From an uncultured archaeon (GTDB lineage Archaea; Altiarchaeota; Altiarchaeia; IMC4; SCGC-AAA252-I15): a DNA stretch of 19,020 nt. Within the stretch, counting starts at the first letter, position 1, and each line of letters begins with the position of its first letter. Where the stretch lies: contig CABMCB010000002.1 in NCBI GenBank assembly GCA_902384455.1, positions 1 through 19,020 of the forward strand. The letters are read 5' to 3'. The notes beneath the pieces were generated by a model. It worked only from the letters and a program-made list of their open reading frames with translations, was not told where the DNA came from and searched no databases. This document shows, one piece after another, positions 1-7,097 of the stretch. The position numbers and the translations under genes are program-made.

Positions 1-143
1 AAAGCATCTAAGCTCGAAACAGTTCCCAAATAAGAGGCAGACACGCGGTTCCCGTACAAGACGGGTTTGATAGGCGGGGGATGTAAGCATCAAGCTTCGG
101 CGAGATGTTGAGTCTACCCGTACTAATCACCGCAACCAATAAC
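1..143 (+). rRNA. 23S rRNA, 3' end (partial, begins upstream of the window)
   Basis: Conserved LSU domain VI motifs AAAGCATCTAAGC.CGAAAC, CCCGTA.AAGACGGGTTTGATAGGC, TGTAAGC...GTTGAG...CCGTACTAAT. The CCCGT...ACGGG helix and short helix-98 region look archaeal. The 3' boundary is approximate (+/-10 nt). Confidence 0.95.
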
Positions 144-189
144 CAGCGCACCTCTAGCGATAAGCGAATATATACGAAATGCAACAGTA

Positions 190-228
190 CTCTCATCCCA
201 TGAGCGTCCAAAACTTTTTTTTTCCTTT
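190..228 (+). terminator. Possible rRNA operon terminator (short hairpin CTCAT-CCC-ATGAG followed by an oligo-T run)
   Basis: 5-bp inverted repeat followed by CTTTTTTTTTCCTTT downstream of the 23S end; oligo-T tracts terminate archaeal transcription. Confidence 0.45.
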
Positions 229-240
229 ATTGTGCATCCG

Positions 241-249
241 TTTTTATCT
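241..249 (+). promoter_or_regulatory. Putative TATA box for the RNase P RNA gene
   Basis: TTTTTATCT lies about 25-30 nt upstream of the P1 helix start at 272. Confidence 0.45.
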
Positions 250-271
250 CTTTGTTTCAAAGTAGTACCTT

Positions 272-562
272 GGGTAGTGGCCTGCAGGCTTACGGAGTCC
301 TTTCGGGGATTCTGAGGAAGTTCCGTCCACGCCAACACCCGTCGTGCGGCGAAAGCTGCTGGGCGGTGTCGCAGAGACGAGAAGGCCGTTTGCGTAAACG
401 GTGAAGGCTTGCTGGAGTTGCAGGCGGTCTGTGTGAAACGGGCCATTCCGCCTCGGGGGCGTGCAAGACCTGGTTGGTCGCTTAGAAGGATGCTTGCGCG
501 GTTCCTTATTGTGCGCGGTGCGCGCTTGGGGCCGACATAAGACGGGCTATCGGCCACTGCCC
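272..562 (+). ncRNA. rnpB: Archaeal RNase P RNA (type M-like fold)
   Basis: P1 GGGTAGTGGCC(272-282)/GGCCACTGCCC(552-562). CR-I GAGGAAGTTCCGTC (314-327) pairs as P4 with CR-V ACATAAGACGGGCTA. P2 GCAGGC/GCTTGC, P3 hairpin 294-313, P5 ACGCC/GGCGT, P9 GCGGC-GAAA-GCTGC, CR-II GCAGAGACG, P12 AGGCCGTTTGC/GCAGGCGGTCT, CR-III TGAAAC, GTGCAAG, GCTTAG. Confidence 0.95.
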
Positions 563-626
563 TTCTTTTCCTTATTTATTAGGTGTTGTTGTGTATTACT
601 TAATTCGTTTTTTTGAGGTTGACACA

Positions 627-2024
627 ATGCTTGTGGTAATGAAGTTCGGCGGGACCTCGGTTGGGTCGGGTAAGGTTATTGCTGAGGTTGCTGGTTTGGT
701 TAAGGAGCAGGAGGGGAAGAAGGTTGTTGTTGTTTCGGCTATGTCTAAGGTGACTGATAGTTTGATTGAGATTTCTGAGCGGGTTGTTTCTGTTCCTAAG
801 GTTCAGGTTGAGAAGTCTGTGGACATGTTTATTCGCGATTTGCTTTTGAGGCATCGTACTGCTGCTTTTGAGGCGGTGACTGATAAGAAGGTTTTGTCTA
901 ATGTTCTTGATGAGTTGATTAAGACTACGGATGAGCTTAGGATTGCTTTGTTGGGCGTTGGGTATTTGGGTGATTTGTCCCCGAAGAGTAAGGATTACAT
1001 TATGAGTTTCGGCGAGCGTTTGAGCATTCTTTTGGTTTCCGGAGCTCTTGATTCGGTGGGCGTGCGCGCCAAGCCGGTTACAGGTTTTGACGCGGGCATA
1101 GTTACGGACGATAAGTTCGGGTGTGCGCGGCCTCAGCACAAGAAGATGGTTAAGAGTGTTGGTCATGCGTTGAGTCCTCTTTTGGATGCTGGAATTACGC
1201 CTGTTGTGACTGGTTTCGTCGGCGGGACTGAGAGTGGCGTTACGACTACGTTGGGTCGGGGTGGGAGCGATTATTCTGCAAGTCTTGTGGGAAGGTATTT
1301 GAAGGCTGATTAGGTTCAGATTTGGACTGATGTTGATGGTATTTTGAGTACTGACCCTAAGTTGGTGCCTGCTGCTAAGTTGATTTCCACGTTGAGTTAT
1401 GTTGAGGCGATGGATTTGGCTTATTTCGGCGCTAAGGTTATTCACAGCAAGATGATTGAGCCGGCGATGGCTTCTGACATTCCTGTGTGGGTGAAGAACA
1501 CGTTTAATCCTTCGTGTAAGGGGACGTTGATTGTGCGCAAGCAGAAGAAGGTTGATTCTGTGATTAAGGCGGTGGCTGTCGCCAAGAACATTGTCATCAT
1601 TAGCGTTCAGGGCGTTGGTCTTATGGATGCGCCCAATATCGCAGGCCGCATTTTCCATGCTCTTGGTGAGAAGGGAATTAATATTCCTATGATTTCCGGC
1701 AGCAGCGAGAGCAATTTGAGTTTTGTTATTGCTAAGAATAATCTTGCGGAGGCTATGGAGCTTTTGAGGGCTGAGTTGGGTGACGGCATCGTGAAGGGCA
1801 TTAATGTGTTGGAGCAGGTTTGTATCGTCACTGTTGTTGGGGCTGGTATGGCTGGTTCTAAGGGGACTGCCGCCAAGCTTTTCCAGACTGTGACTGATGC
1901 GCGCGCCAACATAATAATGATTGCTCAGGGTAGCAGTGAAGTGAGCATTGCTTTTGTCGTCGGCGAGGAGGACGCTAAGAACGTGGTTTCAGTCCTGCAT
2001 AAGACGTTCATTGAGGCTGTTTGA
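627..2024 (+). CDS. lysC: Aspartate kinase (AAK domain + 2 ACT domains) interrupted by a single in-frame TAG at 1311-1313 (codon 229 of 465); recoded gene, recent nonsense allele or sequencing error
   Basis: ORFs 591..1313 and 1344..2024 are in the same frame and join through KAD*VQIWTDVDGILSTDPK. Motifs KFGGTS, VVVSAM, GERLS, TTLGRGGSDYSA, WTDVDG, LSY.EA..LAYFGAKVIH and two ACT-like repeats are intact. ATG at 627 is preceded by GAGGT. Confidence 0.9.
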
Positions 2025-2117
2025 TTTGCTGGCGCGGCTGCGCTTGGCTAGGTTAAGTTGCATGTGGCGTAAGCTGTGCGGCTTTGTTGAATTGGTGTCG
2101 TTGGTGTGTGCGGGAGC

Positions 2118-2124
2118 TTTTAAG
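2118..2124 (+). promoter_or_regulatory. Putative TATA box for the HTH regulator (likely leaderless mRNA)
   Basis: TTTTAAG lies about 25 nt upstream of ATGATG at 2145. Confidence 0.5.
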
Positions 2125-2144
2125 TTTTGGGTCACCAAGTCTGT

Positions 2145-3053
2145 ATGATGAAGGATAACCTCGTAGAGGACATTCGGCGGGTATTCACAGACTCAGGATA
2201 CCGCGTGATGGACTGCATCGGCGCCAGAAGCTGCTTTGACGTTGCGGCTTCAAAGAGGGGTCGGAAGTATCTGGTTAAGGTGATGGCGAATGCTGAGGGT
2301 TTCAATCCTGAGGCTGCGTATACGTTGCGGCATCTGGCGGACATGATTTCTGCTACTCCTGTTTTGGTGTCTAATCACATAAAGAACGGTCCGCTTTCTG
2401 ACGGCGTAGTTTATGACCGTTATGGGGTGTCTTTGTTGTCTGCGCGTTCTCTTTCTGAGGCTCTTAAGGAGTCTTTTCCCGCGACTCATGCTGTTCGAGG
2501 TGGCTATTTGACTTTCATTGATTCGGAGCGGATGATTACTTTGCGGCAGAGGCACGGCATAACGCAGAGTGCTTTGGCTGAGGCGGTCGGGGTTACTAAG
2601 CAGAGTGTTTATCGGTATGAGCGTACGGGGCGCGTGTCTCTTGATGTTGCTAAGCGTCTTAACTCGTATTTTGGGGAGGATCTTATTTCTGAGGGGCAGC
2701 AGATTAAGGTGGATTCTGATGACGGGGATTTTGCTGCTCCCAGTTTGCGCGTTTCGTCTTTGACTCATCGGGTTCTGTCCATATTCGACACGTTGGGTTT
2801 GGAGGCTGAGGCGACCAACGCGCCTTTTGACGTTGTGGCTTCGTTTGAGGACGAAACCATCTTTACTATGGTGAGTAATGATTGGCGGCGGATGGAGCAG
2901 AGGGCTCAGATGGTTGATGAGTTGTCTGAGATGTTGGGTGGTTTCAGCGTGTGCGTGAGCAGCCGCAATCTTTCTCTTCGCATGGCTGTGGTTCATCCTG
3001 ATGAGTTGGAGCGCATCCGGAATAGGCAGGATTTGATAGACCTTTTGGAATGA
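2145..3053 (+). CDS. Archaeal HTH-type transcriptional regulator, COG1395 / MJ1164-like (central Cro/C1 HTH flanked by duplicated restriction-endonuclease-like FD..A domains)
   Basis: N-terminal SCFDVAA...LVKV..N, GVVYDRYGV, RGGY, central LRQRHGITQSALAEAVGVTKQSVYRYE (XRE HTH), C-terminal APFDVVA. Start set at ATG 2145 (2148 also possible) rather than TTG 2127. Confidence 0.85.
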   Translation: MMKDNLVEDIRRVFTDSGYRVMDCIGARSCFDVAASKRGRKYLVKVMANAEGFNPEAAYTLRHLADMISATPVLVSNHIKNGPLSDGVVYDRYGVSLLSARSLSEALKESFPATHAVRGGYLTFIDSERMITLRQRHGITQSALAEAVGVTKQSVYRYERTGRVSLDVAKRLNSYFGEDLISEGQQIKVDSDDGDFAAPSLRVSSLTHRVLSIFDTLGLEAEATNAPFDVVASFEDETIFTMVSNDWRRMEQRAQMVDELSEMLGGFSVCVSSRNLSLRMAVVHPDELERIRNRQDLIDLLE

Positions 3054-3073
3054 GCGTTGTTTTATTTTTCGTC

Positions 3074-3110
3074 GCAGACGAAAAGTTTATATACAACCAA
3101 ACCAATAGTT
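3074..3110 (+). promoter_or_regulatory. hsp20 promoter: BRE (CGAAAA) + TATA (TTTATATA 3086-3093) + downstream conserved box
   Basis: Canonical archaeal BRE/TATA; 28 of 34 nt identical to the thermosome promoter at 3699-3732. Confidence 0.8.
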
Positions 3111-3133
3111 AATAACTCAAGGGGGTATTGAAA

Positions 3134-3667
3134 ATGATTCCGCCATCAAAAAGACGAGGGCCATTCGACGACATATTCCGCGACATGGAAGACGAATTCA
3201 AGCGAATGGAAGAAGAAATGAACAAGATAATCGGTGAAGCATCAAAAGGCAACGCAAAAATCATGCAAGGAAAACCCATAGTGTACGGCTTCAGCATGAA
3301 GGTGGGGCCTGACGGAAAACCCCGCATAGAAGAATTCGGAAACGCGCCTGTACGAAGCCTGCCAAACGCAGACGTGACCGCAGGACAACGCGAACCCCTC
3401 GTGGACGTCATAGACGGAGCCGAAGAAATAACCGTAATCGCAGAACTGCCAGGCGTAGACAAAAAAGACATACGCCTAGAAGCAGACGACGACATACTCT
3501 CCATACGCGTAGACACGGCCGGAAGAAAATACGCCAAAGAAATCGAACTGCCCGCGGAAGTTGACGTGGAAAACGTCAAGGCCAACTACAAGAACGGCAT
3601 CCTCGAGGTAAAACTCGCGCGCAAGGAGCCCGCAAAGAAAGACAGGAAACAATTGAAGGTCGAATGA
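3134..3667 (+). CDS. hsp20: Archaeal small heat shock protein (Hsp20/alpha-crystallin family)
   Basis: P.VYGFSMKVGPDGKP.IEEFGN, REPLVDV, VIAELPGVDK.DI, A.YKNGILEV.L and C-terminal LKVE (IXI-like). ATG 3134 has the RBS-like AGGGGGT 7 nt upstream. Confidence 0.95.
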   Translation: MIPPSKRRGPFDDIFRDMEDEFKRMEEEMNKIIGEASKGNAKIMQGKPIVYGFSMKVGPDGKPRIEEFGNAPVRSLPNADVTAGQREPLVDVIDGAEEITVIAELPGVDKKDIRLEADDDILSIRVDTAGRKYAKEIELPAEVDVENVKANYKNGILEVKLARKEPAKKDRKQLKVE

Positions 3668-3698
3668 ATTAATGTGGCGCGCGGGGGATACGGAGTCT

Positions 3699-3735
3699 GC
3701 AGAAGCAACGTTTATAAACAACTAAACCCATAACT
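3699..3735 (+). promoter_or_regulatory. Thermosome promoter: TATA (TTTATAAA 3711-3718) with flanks shared with the hsp20 promoter
   Basis: Canonical TATA; extended identity to 3074-3107; RBS AGGTGA at 3767-3772. Confidence 0.8.
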
Positions 3736-3780
3736 TTTCTCACACTCGCAAAAGGTAAATCACATCAGGTGAAGCAAAAT

Positions 3781-5433
3781 ATGGCACAACAAGGACAGAT
3801 AATTGTGCTCCCGGAAGGAGCCCTAAGAACCACAGGAAGAGACGCACAACGCAACAACATACTCGCCGCCCGCGTCATAGCGGAAGCAGTACGCAGCACC
3901 CTCGGACCAAGGGGAATGGACAAGATGCTGGTTTCCGACATAGGCGACATTGTAATCACTAACGACGGCGCAACAATAGTCGAAGAAATGAACGTCGAAC
4001 ACCCAGCCGCCAAAATGGTGGTTGAAGTCGCCAAAACGCAGGACGAAGAAGTCGGCGACGGAACCACAACTGCAGTAGTGCTTGTGGGCGAACTTCTCAC
4101 AAACGCGGAAAAACTCCTCGACCAAGGAATCCACCCGACAATCATCGCCCGCGGATACCGCCTGGCAGCAACAAAAGCAGAGGAAATACTGCAGGCCACC
4201 GCAAAAACAATCGACATCAAAGACGTCAAGACGCTAAAGCAGATAGCTGAAACCGCGATGACCGGCAAAGGAGCCGAATCGGCAAAAGACGCGTTGTCCG
4301 ACATAACAGTCAAAGCAGTCCGTCAAATAGCTGAAATAGAAAACGATAAAATCGTCATAGACCTAGACAACATCAAAGTCGAAAAGAAGGAAGGAGGAGA
4401 CATAACCGACAGCGAACTAATACAAGGAGTAATAATAGACAAAGAACGCGTCCACTCCGGCATGCCAAAGAAGGTGGAAAACGCAAAAATCATACTTCTC
4501 GACGTAGCAATCGAAGTCAAAGAAACAGAAACAGACGCAGAAATCAGCATCACAAGCCCAGACCAACTCCAAGCCTTCGTAGCGCAAGAAGAAAAAATGC
4601 TCAAAGACATGGTAGACAAAATAGTAGCCGCAGGAGGAAACGTCTTAATATGCCAGAAAGGCATCGACGACCTAGCGCAACACTACCTAAGCAAAGCAGG
4701 AATACTTGCGGTCCGCCGAGTCAAGAAAAGCGACATGGAAAAACTGTCCAAGGCAACAGGAGCCGCAATAGTCACAAACATCAAAGCCCTCAGTAAAACA
4801 GACGTCGGCTACGCCAAAGTCGTAGACGAAGTCAAAATAGGCGGAGACGAAATGCTTTTCATACGCGACTGCAAAAACCCAAAGTCCGTAAGCCTGCTTA
4901 TACGCGGAGGAACAGAACACGTCGTAGACGAAGCAGAACGCGCAGTCAAAGACGCAATAGGCGGAGTAGCAGCAGCACTCCAAATAGGCAAAGTAGTCGC
5001 AGGAGGCGGCGCAACAGAAATGGAAGTCGCACGACAACTACGCAAATACGCAGAAACAGTCGGAGGCCGCGAGCAGCTTGCTGTGGATGCTTTCGCTGAT
5101 TCGCTTGAGATTATTCCGCGGACTCTTGCGGAGTCTTCAGGGATGGACGCCATAGACACCCTCGTTAAATTGCGTGCCGAGCACGAGAAGGGAGGGCTTG
5201 ATATTGGCGTTAAGGTCATGGAAGGCAAGACAGGCGACCTGTGGAAGATTGGCGTCATTGAGCCGCTGAAAATCAAGACTCAGGCCATCAAGAGCGCAAG
5301 TGAGGCCGCGGAAATGATTTTGAGGATTGACGACGTTATCGCCTCAAGCAAGCCTAAGATGCCTGCTATGCCGCCTGGTGGCATGGGTGATATGGGCGGT
5401 ATGGGTGGCATGGGCGGTATGGGCGATTTCTAA
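3781..5433 (+). CDS. ths: Thermosome subunit (group II chaperonin) with GGM-repeat tail
   Basis: [45 protein letters not shown]-terminal [24 protein letters not shown] 3781 is preferred because AGGTGA sits 8 nt upstream. Confidence 0.98.
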   Translation: MAQQGQIIVLPEGALRTTGRDAQRNNILAARVIAEAVRSTLGPRGMDKMLVSDIGDIVITNDGATIVEEMNVEHPAAKMVVEVAKTQDEEVGDGTTTAVVLVGELLTNAEKLLDQGIHPTIIARGYRLAATKAEEILQATAKTIDIKDVKTLKQIAETAMTGKGAESAKDALSDITVKAVRQIAEIENDKIVIDLDNIKVEKKEGGDITDSELIQGVIIDKERVHSGMPKKVENAKIILLDVAIEVKETETDAEISITSPDQLQAFVAQEEKMLKDMVDKIVAAGGNVLICQKGIDDLAQHYLSKAGILAVRRVKKSDMEKLSKATGAAIVTNIKALSKTDVGYAKVVDEVKIGGDEMLFIRDCKNPKSVSLLIRGGTEHVVDEAERAVKDAIGGVAAALQIGKVVAGGGATEMEVARQLRKYAETVGGREQLAVDAFADSLEIIPRTLAESSGMDAIDTLVKLRAEHEKGGLDIGVKVMEGKTGDLWKIGVIEPLKIKTQAIKSASEAAEMILRIDDVIASSKPKMPAMPPGGMGDMGGMGGMGGMGDF

Positions 5434-5456
5434 GCCTTGTAGCCTAAAACATGAGT

Positions 5457-5494
5457 CCGCGGGGTTTTTTGCCCCGCGGTAAACCTTTTTTTTT
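5457..5494 (+). terminator. Stem-loop + oligo-T terminator after the thermosome gene
   Basis: CCGCGGGG(5457-5464)/CCCCGCGG(5472-5479) perfect 8-bp stem followed by a 9-T run (5486-5494). Confidence 0.8.
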
Positions 5495-5559
5495 CTTGTT
5501 TCCTTTTTTTATCCGCAACTTGGTATGGAATAAGGCCGCATGTATAGTCGGCATCCTTT

Positions 5560-6303
5560 ATGGACTTGTTGGAGTCAGCGGTTAATCCTGTTCGGCATCC
5601 GTGGGAGTTGGCGCGAGCCAAGGCGTTGAAGCTTATTTTAGGCGGCGTTCCGGTGGCTAAAGGGTGGCAGGTGCTTGATTTCGGGTGCGGAGACGGCTAC
5701 ATAGCTCAGGAGATTATGGGGGGCAAAGACGTTTCTTTAACGTGCTTCGACGTGAACTTGTCTGAGGCGCAGATACATACTCTTTCAAAGCTGGCGGAAA
5801 ACATCCGGTTCGTCAATCATCCGCCTTACCTGAAAAACAGGCAGTATGACTTAATCCTTATGTTGGACGTCGTAGAACACAATGGAGACGACAAAAAACT
5901 CCTTGCCGACATAAAACACAACCTGTCCCATAACGGATACGTCATAATAACGGTGCCTGCCTTCCAGTTTTTGTTCAGTTCGCACGACATATTCCTTAAG
6001 CACTACCGCAGATACTCTCTTACTCAAATACAAAAGGTGGTTGAGTCGGCAGGATTCAAGGTGGAGTCTTCAGGTTACATATTCACGTCGCTTTTGCTGC
6101 CCCGATTCATTTCAATATACTTGCGCCGTATTCTATCCAAGGAAAAGCAAGAAAGCGCAGTTAACTGGACGCACGGGAAATTAATAACCAAAGCCGCTGA
6201 ATTAACGCTTCAGGCTGACGCCGTATTGAACTTGGAGTTGAACAAGAGGGGGATTGTGTTTCCCGGATTAACATGTTGGTTGGTATGCAAAAAACAGCCG
6301 TAA
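5560..6303 (+). CDS. Class I SAM-dependent methyltransferase (Methyltransf_11/23-like)
   Basis: VLDFGCGDG motif I, YDLILMLDVVEH, ITVPAFQFLFSSHD.FLKHYRRY; N-terminal RHPWELAR. Confidence 0.9.
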   Translation: MDLLESAVNPVRHPWELARAKALKLILGGVPVAKGWQVLDFGCGDGYIAQEIMGGKDVSLTCFDVNLSEAQIHTLSKLAENIRFVNHPPYLKNRQYDLILMLDVVEHNGDDKKLLADIKHNLSHNGYVIITVPAFQFLFSSHDIFLKHYRRYSLTQIQKVVESAGFKVESSGYIFTSLLLPRFISIYLRRILSKEKQESAVNWTHGKLITKAAELTLQADAVLNLELNKRGIVFPGLTCWLVCKKQP

Positions 6304-7058
6304 TCGTTCCCTGCTATAATGAGGCGGAAAGACTGAGGCCGAATGAGTTTAGCAAAGCGGTTGATGAAAACAGTCAACTGTTTTTTATTTTCGTCGATGA
6401 CGGAAGCACGGACGGCACGGCGCTTGTTCTTGAGGAATTATGCCGCTCACACGCGAAGCAGATGTTTCTTGTTCGCTTGGATAAGAACGCGGGTAAGGCG
6501 GAGGCTGTTAGGCAGGGGTTCCTTAAGGCTTTCGCTGGGGACTATGTGTATGTTGGTTATTGGGATGCGGATTTGGCGACTCCTCTATCGGCGGTGGGCG
6601 TTTTCTGCGATGTGTTGGATGTGAAAAAGGCTGGTTTGGTCATGGGTTCGAGGGTCGGTCTTATGGGGCGTAAAATCCGCAGGAATCAGGTTAGGCATTA
6701 TTTGGGTCGGATTTTTGCTACTGGCGCATCGTTTGTTTTGGGTCTTCGCGTTTATGACACTCAGTGTGGGGCGAAGTTGTTCAGGCGGACTCCTGCGTTG
6801 GAGTCCGTGTTTAGGGTTCCTTTCTCTGTGAACTGGATTTTTGATGTTGAGGTGCTGGCGCGTTTGCTTGTTATTGAGCGCAGGCAAGGCGGGGTTTCGG
6901 TTAGGTCGTCTACCGTGGAGTTGCCTCTTGAGGAGTGGAATGAGGTCGGGGGTTCTAAGATTAAGTTTAAGGACTTGTTTTTGTCTGGTTTGGGGTTGGT
7001 GAAAATATTCCTCTTCATGCGTAGCGCCAGGATGCAGGAAGAATTCCTTAAAGGGTGA
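6285..7058 (+). CDS. Glycosyltransferase family 2, dolichol/polyprenyl-phosphate glycosyltransferase (DPM/DPG synthase)-like
   Basis: VIVPCYNEAERL, FVDDGSTDGT, N.GKAEAVR.G, WDADLATP (DxD), DTQCGAKLF, WIFDVE, W.EVGGSK. Overlaps the methyltransferase stop; ATG 6273 is an alternative start. Confidence 0.92.
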   Translation: MQKTAVIVPCYNEAERLRPNEFSKAVDENSQLFFIFVDDGSTDGTALVLEELCRSHAKQMFLVRLDKNAGKAEAVRQGFLKAFAGDYVYVGYWDADLATPLSAVGVFCDVLDVKKAGLVMGSRVGLMGRKIRRNQVRHYLGRIFATGASFVLGLRVYDTQCGAKLFRRTPALESVFRVPFSVNWIFDVEVLARLLVIERRQGGVSVRSSTVELPLEEWNEVGGSKIKFKDLFLSGLGLVKIFLFMRSARMQEEFLKG

Positions 7059-7097
7059 AGTAAGCATTTTTTTGCCTGCTTAATGTAATTGATTCTC

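Noticed and set aside
8-557. Minus-strand ORFs 8..211 and 123..557
   Set aside because: Antisense to the 23S rRNA and RNase P RNA; no protein motifs.
591-2024. Two separate genes (591..1313 and 1344..2024)
   Set aside because: Same frame, and the intervening codons encode the conserved VQIWTDVDG; this is one aspartokinase with an internal TAG.
600-2996. Long antisense ORFs 600..1658 (352 aa) and 2250..2996 (248 aa)
   Set aside because: N/H/Q/R/T/L-rich shadow frames; the A+C-rich strand is T-poor, so stop codons are rare.
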